From the IMG/VR virus record IMGVR_UViG_3300047476_002124, positions 4,133 to 68,132 of that record: a stretch of DNA of 64,000 nt; one strand, given 5' to 3'. The notes beneath the pieces are model-generated. The model worked only from the letters and a program-made list of their open reading frames with translations. It made no database searches and was not told the DNA's origin. The first letter of the stretch is position 1, and each line of letters starts with the position of its first letter. The position numbers and the translations under genes are program-made. This DNA is from a virus. Below are positions 9,312-18,909 of the stretch, piece by piece.

Positions 9312-11060
9312 TTATCTCATTTCATTAATTTTATTCATTATCTCTTCTACGAAGTCTGAATCGTTCAGGTTATCCCCCATAACTGTTGCAATAACTTGTT
9401 TTTTCGCCATTAAAATATCATAAATTAAACCTTCAATTGTATTCTCAAATAAAGGATAATAAACCAAGACATTATTTTTTTGGCCAATTCTATAGGCTCT
9501 GTCCTCTGCTTGTGAATGGTCTGAAGGAAGGAAAGATAAGTCATTCATAATGACCGCTTCCGCAGCTGTCAAAGTGATACCTACACCAGCAGCTTTGATG
9601 TTACCAACAAAAACTTTGACTTTATCATTTTCCTGAAATTGGTCTACACTATTTTGTCTTTCTATTTTTGACATTGACCCGTCTATTTTTACCGCTTGTT
9701 TTCCAAAATGATTAACAATCTGATTTAAAGAATCAGTAAAATTACAAAATATGATAACTTTTTTATCTTGTTCAATAATGTTCTCAGCTATTTCTATTGT
9801 CTGTTGAATCTTTTCATTTGCAATCACTTGTCTGACTTTAGTCAGTTTTGTAAACTGTACCGTTAATGATTTTGACTCCTCAGGATTACTTCTATACCAC
9901 TCGAAATATTCTCCCATTAATTCTTCGTACGCCTTCGATTTCAGTCTCAAATAGACAGGGGTAATAATTTTATCAGGTAAATCCAAAACGTCCTCTTTCA
10001 ATCTTCTTAATATCGTCCCTGATGTTCTGTCTCGCAGTTCTTCCAAATTGGAAGAACCCATAACATTCCAAACCTTTCTTGGTCCAACTTTAAATTGATA
10101 TCCAGCACAATACCTTATGACATATGCCATCCAATTTTTAGCAACAGGAGAATCGACTAAACTAAGTAAGTTATAGTAGTCAATTGGTCTTGATGTCATA
10201 GGAGTACCTGTTAGTAACCATAACCTTTCAATATCTTTGACGATGTCATTTATTAATTTTGTTCTTTGTGCTTGAGCGTTTTTTATATAGTGTGCTTCAT
10301 CTACAATAACCAAATCAAAATTTGATTTCAAAATCTGAGAATCCTTTTTCTTTTTTACATCATGAAAATTTTTTATGATATCGTAATTTATAATGACAAA
10401 ATCGTGTTCTGTACTAAAGTTTTTACTTTCAGCAATATACACAGGTCTATCAGTATAATTTTCTATTTCTCTTTTCCAGTTTATTTTGAGTGTTGCCGGA
10501 CAGATAACTAAAATTTTCTTTGCTTTGGTTTCTAATGCCGCAATAATTGTACTTGTTGTTTTTCCGAGACCCATGTCGTCTGCAAGAATGAATTTTTTGT
10601 TTTCGACTAACTTTTGAATAGACTCTTTTTGGTGTTCCATTGGGGGTCTGCTCTCATATTTTGAGTAGTCGATTATTACATCCTTTACTGTATTGTCTTT
10701 AATTAAAGACGCTTTCGGTACCCAAAACTCACTGAGTTCTCCATCCTGAAAAAACTTACCCCAAACATGATACGCCTTTTCACTTTCGGCCAACAATTTT
10801 TCTATCCATATTTTTTCAGGTACTTTAGTAAGTAACTTATCGTTAGCAAACTTTTGTGCGAAATATGCATCCAAAACAACCCACTTTTTTGCAACTTTTG
10901 GTATTTTATCGTGGTTGTTGATTATGTATTCTGATTGACTTCTTGTAGGATAAAACTTTCTATTTATTTCAGATTTTCTTTTTAGTTCTAAAATATAGTT
11001 ATTTGAACCCTCATATATTTCAAGTATATCTAATGCTTTGGATTCTAAAGTTTGTTCCAT
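9312..11060 (-). CDS. SNF2-family helicase/ATPase (SMARCAL1/HARP-like)
   Basis: LADDMGLGKT, VDEAH, LTGTP, AAGVGITLT, QAEDRAYRIGQ. Confidence 0.92.
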   Translation of the reverse strand: MEQTLESKALDILEIYEGSNNYILELKRKSEINRKFYPTRSQSEYIINNHDKIPKVAKKWVVLDAYFAQKFANDKLLTKVPEKIWIEKLLAESEKAYHVWGKFFQDGELSEFWVPKASLIKDNTVKDVIIDYSKYESRPPMEHQKESIQKLVENKKFILADDMGLGKTTSTIIAALETKAKKILVICPATLKINWKREIENYTDRPVYIAESKNFSTEHDFVIINYDIIKNFHDVKKKKDSQILKSNFDLVIVDEAHYIKNAQAQRTKLINDIVKDIERLWLLTGTPMTSRPIDYYNLLSLVDSPVAKNWMAYVIRYCAGYQFKVGPRKVWNVMGSSNLEELRDRTSGTILRRLKEDVLDLPDKIITPVYLRLKSKAYEELMGEYFEWYRSNPEESKSLTVQFTKLTKVRQVIANEKIQQTIEIAENIIEQDKKVIIFCNFTDSLNQIVNHFGKQAVKIDGSMSKIERQNSVDQFQENDKVKVFVGNIKAAGVGITLTAAEAVIMNDLSFLPSDHSQAEDRAYRIGQKNNVLVYYPLFENTIEGLIYDILMAKKQVIATVMGDNLNDSDFVEEIMNKINEMR

Positions 11061-11062
11061 AA

Positions 11063-11461
11063 TTACTTAACCTCTGTGTGTGTTCTTCCATCGAGCCAAT
11101 ACCCATCACCGCCATAATAAACGAAGATTTCCTCGTGTGGATTTATATTTCTTGTTGAAATAAATTCAAAAGTGTAGTTATTCATATTAGACCTCCATGA
11201 GGCATTTGGTGTGTTTGAATGATTATATAGAGAACCGTATCCCCATGTAATCACCTGTTTATCCCAAAAATCAGTACCTTGTGGCCAATTGAATCTGTAA
11301 TCAATAAAGAGGGGGCTCGATTCACCTTTAGGTATTCCTAAATCAAAAATCGGACACTCTTCTATTATTTCACCTTCCGCTATGAAGGTACTTGCAAAAA
11401 CACCGTATCCATGAATATTACTTTTAGATACATAAATTTTGGTCGGTGGAAAGATTCTCAT
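11063..11461 (-). CDS. SET-domain protein-lysine methyltransferase
   Basis: SNIHGYGVFA, GEIIEECP, GSLYNHSNTPNA, EEIFVYYG. Confidence 0.88.
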   Translation of the reverse strand: MRIFPPTKIYVSKSNIHGYGVFASTFIAEGEIIEECPIFDLGIPKGESSPLFIDYRFNWPQGTDFWDKQVITWGYGSLYNHSNTPNASWRSNMNNYTFEFISTRNINPHEEIFVYYGGDGYWLDGRTHTEVK

Positions 11462-11477
11462 CTATTTTTGTGTTAAA

Positions 11478-11500
11478 TATAAATAAAATTAAGTATTTAT
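11478..11500. promoter_or_regulatory. Back-to-back TATTTAT motifs (putative divergent late promoters)
   Basis: TATAAATA at 11478-11485 (TATTTATA on the minus strand) and TATTTAT at 11494-11500, in the 49-bp gap between divergent genes. Confidence 0.55.
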
Positions 11501-11510
11501 CAAATATACT

Positions 11511-12026
11511 ATGCAAGAAAAACTAGTTCCAATAACAAGATTAGGTAGATTCTTTGGTGGAGAAGATTATGCCCTGGATATTGATATGGGTCAGGAATGG
11601 TTAGAAGGTGATATGAACTTTACTGTTATACTTTACCGTGTTGATAGATACAAGACTAAAACAGATGATGTATATGGAGAAGCTCTTTCCGACGGAATAC
11701 AATTTCTTCCTCCTGTCGAATTAAAGGGGTATGTCAAGATATTGGCACCAACTAATCAAACAATAAGTAAAAGTAGAGTTGAGTTGGATGAGCCAGGAAA
11801 TATGATGTTTTCTGTGTATCAAAAATATCTTGATGATTTACAAGTTGATATTGCGTTCGGTGATTATTTGGGATATTATGAAACTGAATCGAGAGTCAGA
11901 TATTATAGTGTTTCTAATGACGGTAGGGTTGTTTCAGACAATAAACATACTTATGGGGGATACAGACCATTCTATAGAACTATCATTGCAACCCCTGTTA
12001 ATCAAAATGAATTCAGAGGTTTATGA
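11511..12026 (+). CDS. Neck / head-closure protein (T4 gp14-like)
   Basis: LYRVD...DDVYGEA...PPVEL...GDYLGY...YYSV pattern; lies upstream of the tail terminator and sheath genes. Confidence 0.6.
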   Translation: MQEKLVPITRLGRFFGGEDYALDIDMGQEWLEGDMNFTVILYRVDRYKTKTDDVYGEALSDGIQFLPPVELKGYVKILAPTNQTISKSRVELDEPGNMMFSVYQKYLDDLQVDIAFGDYLGYYETESRVRYYSVSNDGRVVSDNKHTYGGYRPFYRTIIATPVNQNEFRGL

Positions 12027-12442
12027 TTATTTTAATATCAGAGTCGCAAAAATATGTTTTAAAAGATAACATAATTGGTCAGAAAGTTATGGTTTATTAT
12101 AATCTTCATAAGCATACATTCTCTGTTCAGAAAAGTGGGATAGTTATTTTGCATGCTGATTTTATAAAGTTATCTAATGTAGAATTCAGGGTTCGCAAAG
12201 GTGGTTTGGAAAAAGTAAGAAAAGAAAAGACTAAGAATGTACACGCATTTGTAATCGGTACTTTGGAAGATTATTGTGAGTTTCCTTGTGATAACATACC
12301 TCAAGAACAGGAAGGAGAAGTAATTTCATACAACCCATATAAAAACGATAGTTTTGTAATAAAATCAACACAAGAACCAATATTTCATGGGGATGAAGTA
12401 AATATGGTTAATGGTACCAATAAAATTTATTTACTAAAATAA
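12023..12442 (+). CDS. Conserved phage hypothetical protein with N-terminal IISES-like motif
   Basis: VYYNLHKHTFSV...KNVHAFVIG...YNPYK pattern; ATGA overlap with the upstream gene. Confidence 0.65.
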   Translation: MIILISESQKYVLKDNIIGQKVMVYYNLHKHTFSVQKSGIVILHADFIKLSNVEFRVRKGGLEKVRKEKTKNVHAFVIGTLEDYCEFPCDNIPQEQEGEVISYNPYKNDSFVIKSTQEPIFHGDEVNMVNGTNKIYLLK

Positions 12443-12443
12443 A

Positions 12444-13487
12444 ATGGCATTCCCGATACAAATAAAAAAATCATTACCGTTAGTTCCTGATAAGACTTTG
12501 TTTGCCAGAAGGGAACAGCTTAAGGACTATATAAATAAGGACGGCACATATCTTCCAAAATCTGTGTTACATGCTGATTTGGATAGGGGTATGTTAGATT
12601 TTGTCAAAACTGATTTACAGTTAGTTACCTCAGGAAAAATTGTACCAATGATTGATACAATCATCACAACTCAAAATTGGGCTCAGTTTGCGGAAACATG
12701 GACTTTCGTGGACCAAGATTTCAATCCTCAAGTTCCGTTTATTTCTGTTGTTAGACAACCTGAAGTGAAGTATGGTACAAACCCATCTTTAAGGTGGAAT
12801 ATTCCAAACAGAAAAGAATTCTACTATGCGTCAGTTCCTACTTGGAACGGTAACCAAGAAGGTATGGATATTTATAAAATCCCCCAACCTGTTCCTGTGG
12901 ACATAACTTACAATGTTAGAATTGTTTGTAACAGGATGAGAGAATTGAATCAGTTCAATAAAATTATTCTACAAAAATTTTCTTCAAGGCAAGCATATAC
13001 TTTTATCAAGGGACAGTACGTCCCGATTGTTATGCAAAGTTTAAGTGATGAAAGTATAACCGACTTGGAAAAGAGAAAATATTATGTTCAAAATTATGAA
13101 TTTATCATGCTTGGTTACCTTATTGACGAAGATGAATTCGAAGTTAAGCCTGCAATATCGAGAATATTACAGGTAATGGAAGTGGAGGGTTACACTCCTG
13201 TTGGAAAGAAAAATCAAACGTATCCTAAAAATCCTGATTTATTCACACAAGAATTTTTGTTTGTTACAGGAAACACTGTGTTGAGCGATATCATGGATTA
13301 TATGGTGAACATGACAGTGGACTCTACAGAAAACGTAACAAGTTATGATGTTTATATCAACAACCAATATTACGGAACGGATGTGAACGAAATATTAATT
13401 AATACAAACGACGTACTGAGGGTTGAGGTTGTTAAGACAGATAATTCACTTGAGTCTAAAATACTTTTCACAAACAAGTTACTTTAG
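12444..13487 (+). CDS. Tail terminator / sheath stabiliser (T4 gp15-like)
   Basis: PFISVVR and PQPVPVDITYNVRI...ELNQF motifs; lies immediately before the sheath gene. Confidence 0.65.
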   Translation: MAFPIQIKKSLPLVPDKTLFARREQLKDYINKDGTYLPKSVLHADLDRGMLDFVKTDLQLVTSGKIVPMIDTIITTQNWAQFAETWTFVDQDFNPQVPFISVVRQPEVKYGTNPSLRWNIPNRKEFYYASVPTWNGNQEGMDIYKIPQPVPVDITYNVRIVCNRMRELNQFNKIILQKFSSRQAYTFIKGQYVPIVMQSLSDESITDLEKRKYYVQNYEFIMLGYLIDEDEFEVKPAISRILQVMEVEGYTPVGKKNQTYPKNPDLFTQEFLFVTGNTVLSDIMDYMVNMTVDSTENVTSYDVYINNQYYGTDVNEILINTNDVLRVEVVKTDNSLESKILFTNKLL

Positions 13488-13651
13488 TCTTCACCATAGA
13501 TATCCTTCCTTTCTTTACATTTTTCTAAAATCAGTTGTTCTAAAAACTTGTAAATTTTTATACCCTTTTTGTCACAGTATTTTTTCAATACTTTGTGCGC
13601 ATCTTCGGATATTTTAATGTTTTTTATTTTGCTCTCGTATAGTTTAGACAT
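13484..13651 (-). CDS. Small ribbon-helix-helix-like DNA-binding protein (not in ORF track)
   Basis: Manual translation: MSKLYESKIKNIKISEDAHKVLKKYCDKKGIKIYKFLEQLILEKCKERKDIYGED (55 aa), a beta strand KNIKIS followed by two helices. Confidence 0.7.
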   Translation of the reverse strand: MSKLYESKIKNIKISEDAHKVLKKYCDKKGIKIYKFLEQLILEKCKERKDIYGED

Positions 13652-13773
13652 AAAAGATAAAAAAGGCAGAATTTATTCATACTAAATACAAATAGATTAT
13701 GAAAAGTAAAGTTTTTTCATTTGTTCTCTAATATTTATGAATAAAAATAAATCTTTTTAGAAACCAATAAATA

Positions 13774-16700
13774 ATGGCAACAGTACAAACTAATCAGAAA
13801 GTGTTTGTTTCTCCAGGTGTTTATACCTCAGAAACAGATTTGTCTTTTGTGGCTCAGAGTGTGGGTGTAACTACACTTGGTTTGGTTGGTGAGACTCTTA
13901 AGGGTCCAGCATTCGAACCTATTTTCATAACAAACTACGATGAGTTCCAGGCCTTCTTCGGAGGTTCAGAACCAACAAAATTTGTAAATACACAGATACC
14001 AAAATATGAAGCATCATATATTGCAAAATCATATTTACAACAGTCCAACCAGCTCTTTGTAACAAGAGTTTTAGGTTTGTCTGGTTATGATGCGGGTCCT
14101 TCTTGGACTTTGAAAGTGACCGCAAATGTTAACCCTGATACTGTAGGTTTAAATCCTGCAACCGCTACCCCATGGACAATTAATTTTTCTGGTGTTGCTT
14201 CAGCTAATACTGTAACTTTGATAGGAACATTACCTGATGAAGTTAATAATCTTTTAAACACACAGTATAGATTAGGCGACGGAAGTACTTCAACATTCAA
14301 CGAAGACTTCACAAATATTCTCGATAGTTTTGCAACAACACCATCGTCAACGGGTACAACCGCAATTGTTTACGGTTCTATACCTTCGGCAGACTACACA
14401 AGTTTGTCAGGATTATATACAACTTTGAATAACGTGTTCGGAGTCAATTCTTTAGATTTTTCTGAAAACGACTTATCAGATAGTGACAACTCGGCTTGGA
14501 TGTATTCTAACTTTGCAAATTATAGTGGGAACGATTACTCAGGGTTCTCTTTCGACTATGTTGTTTCTAGTTTTTCAACAGGCGCTTCAGAGACATATTC
14601 AGGTACCTTATCTGGTAATGTTTATACTTATTCGGCAACGGCTTATTCAGAATACAACAATTTAGTTGTTGCTACTTTACGTTCTAGAGGTATATCTTTA
14701 TATGATAGTACAAATCACGGTCCTCAGTATGAAGTTTCTGCAACAACAGACTTGAATATGGTTTGTACAGGTTCTTATTCAGGAGTTTCGAGTAATCCAT
14801 ATTCAACGTTCTTATTGTCTGGTGTAACAGTTGACGGAGATAACTTTTCTTTCGAAACTTCATTGTCAAGTGTAAGTAGTAAGTACTTAACTAAAGTATT
14901 AGGTTTTGATAACTTTGGAAAATCAAGGAATGAAGTTCCTGTTTTTGTTGAAGAAGTTTACCCTGTGGCTTTAGATTATTTATATGATAAAGGATACATT
15001 CGTGGTTTGAGTTGTGATTTGATTGCTTTACCGGCAGCGAGTTCTTATAATGCTGATTCAATAGCATGGAATTTAGAAAAATATACAACACCACAATCTC
15101 CATTTATAGTTTCAGAATTGAGAGGTACAAAAGTATACAAACTTTTCAGATTTATATCTATTTCTGACGGTACTTCAGCAAACACTGAAATTAAAGTTTC
15201 AATTGCAAACATTTCATTCGCTAATTTGTCTTTTGACGTATTAGTTAGAAGTTTCTTTGACACTGACCAAAACCCTGTTGTTATAGAAAAATACACAAAC
15301 TGTACTATGGACCCAGCGTCTAACAGTTTCGTAGGTAAGAAAATAGGTTCGTTTGACGGTGAGTATCCATTACTTTCAAAATACATTATGGTTGAATTAT
15401 CTAAAGAAGCTCCAATTGACGCTCTACCTTGTGGATTTTATGGGTACGACCAAAGAATTTACAACACAACTTCAAACCTATCACCTGTTCCTGTATATAA
15501 AACAAAATATGATTACCCAGGAGAACCTGTATTCAACCCTCCTTTTGGTATCACCGCTTACGGAGCTAGTGTTAATGATTCTACCGGTGATAATGTTAGA
15601 AGAACTTATTTAGGATTTTCCACAACAATTGGTGTTGATGAGTCATTCTTACAATATAAAGGTAAACAAAACCCTTCAGCGGCAACTTGGGGAGTTGCTT
15701 ACGACTCAGTTCCTTGGAACTACTTAACACAAGGTTTCCATATGGACTCAGGTGCAACAGTTGTTACTATAGGTTCAGAATACGTAACTAGCGGAACACC
15801 AGCATTCCAATGTGGTGACGCTGAATTCAGGGCAGAACCCGATACCCAAGAAAATCCATATTACTATATCTACTCAAGAAAGTACACGGTATGTTTCGCA
15901 GGTGGGTTTGACGGATGGGATATCTATAGGGAGTATAGAACAAATGAGGATAGATTCAGACTTGGAGCTGCGGGATATTTAGCAGGAGCTGCACCATCAA
16001 CAAGATACCCAACGGCAACAGGTCAAGGTATGTTTAAAAGAATTGTTGTGGCTAAAAACACACAAGACTTTGCAAACACTGACTACTACGCTTACTTATT
16101 GGGTATTCTATCGTTCTCAAATCCTGAGTCGACAAATATCAATGTTTTCGCAACATCAAGTATTGATTATGTAAATAACGGAAGTCTTGTTGAACAAGCA
16201 GTTAATATGGTCCAATTCTCAAGAGCGGACTCAGTTTATATCGCAACAACACCTGACTACCCAATGTATCAACCAGACTCAACTGACCCTGAATTAATAA
16301 TTCAACCACAAGAAGCAGTTGATAACTTGGATAATACAGGTATCGATTCAAACTATACAGCAACTTATTATCCATGGATTTTGGTTAGAGATACTGTAAA
16401 TAATACACAACTATATCTTCCACCAACAGGTGAGGTTTGTAGAAACTTGGCACTTACAGATAACATTGCATTCCCTTGGTTCGCATCAGCGGGTTACACA
16501 AGAGGTCTTGTAAACTCTGTAAAGGCAAGAGTTAAACTAACACAAGAAGGTAGAGATATTCTATACCAAGGAAGAATCAACCCAATCGCAACTTTCTCTG
16601 ACGTAGGAACTGTAATTTGGGGTAATAAAACTCTTCAAGTTGCCGATTCAGCACTTAATAGATTGAACGTTAGAAGATTACTACTTCAAGCTCGTAAGTT

Positions 16701-16968
16701 GATTTCAGCGGTAGCGGTTAGATTGTTGTTCGAACAAAACGACCAAATTGTTAGACAACAGTTCTTGGATAGTGTTAACCCAATTCTTGATTCAATCAGA
16801 AGAGACAGAGGTCTTTACGACTTCAGAGTAACAGTTTCTTCTTCACCTGAAGATTTGGATAGAAATACACTAACAGGTAGAATTTACCTAAAACCAACAA
16901 AAGCACTTGAATTCATTGAGATTGAGTTCTTGATTACACCAACAGGTGCTTCGTTTGAAAATATCTAA
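13774..16968 (+). CDS. Contractile tail sheath protein (T4 gp18-like)
   Basis: FVSPGVYTSETDLS, YTATYYPW, PWFASAGYTRG, RINPIATF, WGNKTLQ, RLNVRRLL, KPTKALEFIEIEF. Confidence 0.95.
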   Translation: MATVQTNQKVFVSPGVYTSETDLSFVAQSVGVTTLGLVGETLKGPAFEPIFITNYDEFQAFFGGSEPTKFVNTQIPKYEASYIAKSYLQQSNQLFVTRVLGLSGYDAGPSWTLKVTANVNPDTVGLNPATATPWTINFSGVASANTVTLIGTLPDEVNNLLNTQYRLGDGSTSTFNEDFTNILDSFATTPSSTGTTAIVYGSIPSADYTSLSGLYTTLNNVFGVNSLDFSENDLSDSDNSAWMYSNFANYSGNDYSGFSFDYVVSSFSTGASETYSGTLSGNVYTYSATAYSEYNNLVVATLRSRGISLYDSTNHGPQYEVSATTDLNMVCTGSYSGVSSNPYSTFLLSGVTVDGDNFSFETSLSSVSSKYLTKVLGFDNFGKSRNEVPVFVEEVYPVALDYLYDKGYIRGLSCDLIALPAASSYNADSIAWNLEKYTTPQSPFIVSELRGTKVYKLFRFISISDGTSANTEIKVSIANISFANLSFDVLVRSFFDTDQNPVVIEKYTNCTMDPASNSFVGKKIGSFDGEYPLLSKYIMVELSKEAPIDALPCGFYGYDQRIYNTTSNLSPVPVYKTKYDYPGEPVFNPPFGITAYGASVNDSTGDNVRRTYLGFSTTIGVDESFLQYKGKQNPSAATWGVAYDSVPWNYLTQGFHMDSGATVVTIGSEYVTSGTPAFQCGDAEFRAEPDTQENPYYYIYSRKYTVCFAGGFDGWDIYREYRTNEDRFRLGAAGYLAGAAPSTRYPTATGQGMFKRIVVAKNTQDFANTDYYAYLLGILSFSNPESTNINVFATSSIDYVNNGSLVEQAVNMVQFSRADSVYIATTPDYPMYQPDSTDPELIIQPQEAVDNLDNTGIDSNYTATYYPWILVRDTVNNTQLYLPPTGEVCRNLALTDNIAFPWFASAGYTRGLVNSVKARVKLTQEGRDILYQGRINPIATFSDVGTVIWGNKTLQVADSALNRLNVRRLLLQARKLISAVAVRLLFEQNDQIVRQQFLDSVNPILDSIRRDRGLYDFRVTVSSSPEDLDRNTLTGRIYLKPTKALEFIEIEFLITPTGASFENI

Positions 16969-16987
16969 TAACAATTTAGATTATAGT

Positions 16988-17013
16988 AAAACCCCTCCAT
17001 AGTGAGGGGTTTT
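16988..17013 (+). terminator. Intrinsic terminator after the sheath gene
   Basis: AAAACCCCTC-catagt-GAGGGGTTTT followed by a T-rich tract. Confidence 0.8.
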
Positions 17014-17036
17014 ATTTTATGTAATATTTATAAGAC

Positions 17037-17405
17037 ATGAGATATATTATTTCAGAATCTAAATTAAATGATGCGATGATTAAACTTTTCAATCAATATA
17101 TAAATGTTGATGAGATAAAGTATTACCATCCAGTCGAAGAGACTGAAGATGGTGATGAGTATGAAGATTTAAACAGAGCTATCTTTTATATTGGGGATGT
17201 AGAACTCGACGAATCTGAAATTTTTAGATATTATGAATGTGATTATTTTGAACCACGTACTCAAATCAAGGAAAAATGTCCTCTTATATCATTAGATTAT
17301 GATATGGTAGACACATTCAACGATTTGTTTGGTGACTTATGGAAAGAACCATTTCGAGAATGGGTTAATAATACATTTGACTTACATGCAAAGGAGGTAG
17401 AATAG
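17037..17405 (+). CDS. Acidic hypothetical protein with MRYIISES N-terminus (candidate internal head protein)
   Basis: 122 aa ORF with its own TATTTATA motif 4 nt upstream of the ATG. Confidence 0.6.
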   Translation: MRYIISESKLNDAMIKLFNQYINVDEIKYYHPVEETEDGDEYEDLNRAIFYIGDVELDESEIFRYYECDYFEPRTQIKEKCPLISLDYDMVDTFNDLFGDLWKEPFREWVNNTFDLHAKEVE

Positions 17406-17428
17406 TTAATTACTAATATTTATATCAT

Positions 17429-18253
17429 ATGGTTTACATTATAAAAGAATCTTTCAGAGACGACACCACCCCAAATATGAAGTATTATGCTTTTGATTGG
17501 GATGACAATATTGTACATATGCCAACAAAAATCATGTTAAAAAATGAAAATGGTGATGAGGTTGGTATGAGTACAGATGATTTTGCAAAGTACAGACATG
17601 ACATCGGAAAAAAACCGATAGAATATAACGGTGAAAAAATTGTTGGGTTTGCGGACAATGCATTTAGAAACTTCAGAACAGAAGGAGACAAGCAATTTAT
17701 AATTGATTCAATGAAAGCCAAGGTGGGTCCGGCATTTGATGACTTCAGAGAAGCATTAAACAACGGGTCAATTTTTGCAATTATAACCGCTCGAGGACAC
17801 AATCCGAACACAATAAAACAAGCAATATACAATTATATTGTAAGTGGTTTTAATGGAATAGACAAAGAACAATTACTGAAAAATTTGAGGAAGTACAGAA
17901 CTTTTGTGGACGAAGAAGATATGTCTGACAATGAAATAATTAAGAGTTATTTAGAATTGAACAAATATCATCCTGTAACATTTGGACAAGGAGGCGCGGA
18001 AAGTCCTGAAGAATTAAAGGTTATGGCTATGGATGATTTTGTATCTTATATTAAAGGTATGGCCGCGGTACTTAATAAAAAGGCTTATCTTAAAAAGGAT
18101 ATTGCTAACAAATTTGTACCTAGTAAACCTATGATTGGGTTTTCAGATGATGACCCTAGAAATGTAGAAGTGATGAAGAAGCATTTTGAAGATAAACCAG
18201 AAAAACTAGTAAAGACATTTTCTACTGCAACTGGAACTAAGAAAGAAGTATAA
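17429..18253 (+). CDS. HAD-superfamily phosphatase-like protein
   Basis: Motif I FDWDDNI, motif II IITARG, motif IV GFSDDD..N. Confidence 0.7.
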   Translation: MVYIIKESFRDDTTPNMKYYAFDWDDNIVHMPTKIMLKNENGDEVGMSTDDFAKYRHDIGKKPIEYNGEKIVGFADNAFRNFRTEGDKQFIIDSMKAKVGPAFDDFREALNNGSIFAIITARGHNPNTIKQAIYNYIVSGFNGIDKEQLLKNLRKYRTFVDEEDMSDNEIIKSYLELNKYHPVTFGQGGAESPEELKVMAMDDFVSYIKGMAAVLNKKAYLKKDIANKFVPSKPMIGFSDDDPRNVEVMKKHFEDKPEKLVKTFSTATGTKKEV

Positions 18254-18348
18254 TTAATATTAATTTTTTCAAAAACGAAAGTAAATAGAAAAATTTTTAA
18301 ACTGGTTATATTTATAACATATAAACAAAGAAATTAAAAAATTATTAT

Positions 18349-18837
18349 ATGGCTGATTTATTAATGAAAATGCCTCTACCTTACGAACCGAAAAGACAAA
18401 ATCGTTTCATTGTAAGGTTTCCTAGTACATTAGGTATAAATGAGTGGTTTGTAGAGAGTTCTAAAAGACCGAGCATTAAAATAAAAGAAGTTGAAATTCC
18501 ATTCTTAAATACATCTACATTCGTAGCGGGAAGATTCAATTGGGACTCATTACCTGTTGTATTTAGAGACCCAATTGGACCATCAGCGGCTCAGGCTCTT
18601 ATGGAGTGGGTACGTTTACATGCAGAATCTGTTACAGGTCGTATGGGTTATGCTGCAGGATACAAAAAAGATATCGACGTTGAAATGTTGGACCCTACAG
18701 GAGTTGTTGTAGAAAAATGGATTTTGTACGGAACATTCCTAACAGGGGTTGATTTCGGAGTATTGAATTATGGGCAAGACGGTTTATCTACAATCAGTGC
18801 TACAATGAGAATGGATAGATGTGTGTTGGTTTACTAA
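18349..18837 (+). CDS. Tail tube protein (T4 gp19-like)
   Basis: EPKRQNRF, RPSI, GRFNW, LMEW, YKKDI...LDPTGVVVEKWIL.G.F; 162 aa, downstream of the sheath. Confidence 0.9.
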   Translation: MADLLMKMPLPYEPKRQNRFIVRFPSTLGINEWFVESSKRPSIKIKEVEIPFLNTSTFVAGRFNWDSLPVVFRDPIGPSAAQALMEWVRLHAESVTGRMGYAAGYKKDIDVEMLDPTGVVVEKWILYGTFLTGVDFGVLNYGQDGLSTISATMRMDRCVLVY

Positions 18838-18869
18838 TAATATTTATTTTAAATTATTTTCACTTATTT

Positions 18870-18907
18870 TTAACCCTAAAGCAATAAACTTTAGGGTTAA
18901 TTTTTTT
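18870..18907 (+). terminator. Intrinsic terminator after the tube gene
   Basis: TTAACCCTAAAG-caataaa-CTTTAGGGTTAA followed by TTTTTTT. Confidence 0.75.
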
Positions 18908-18909
18908 AT

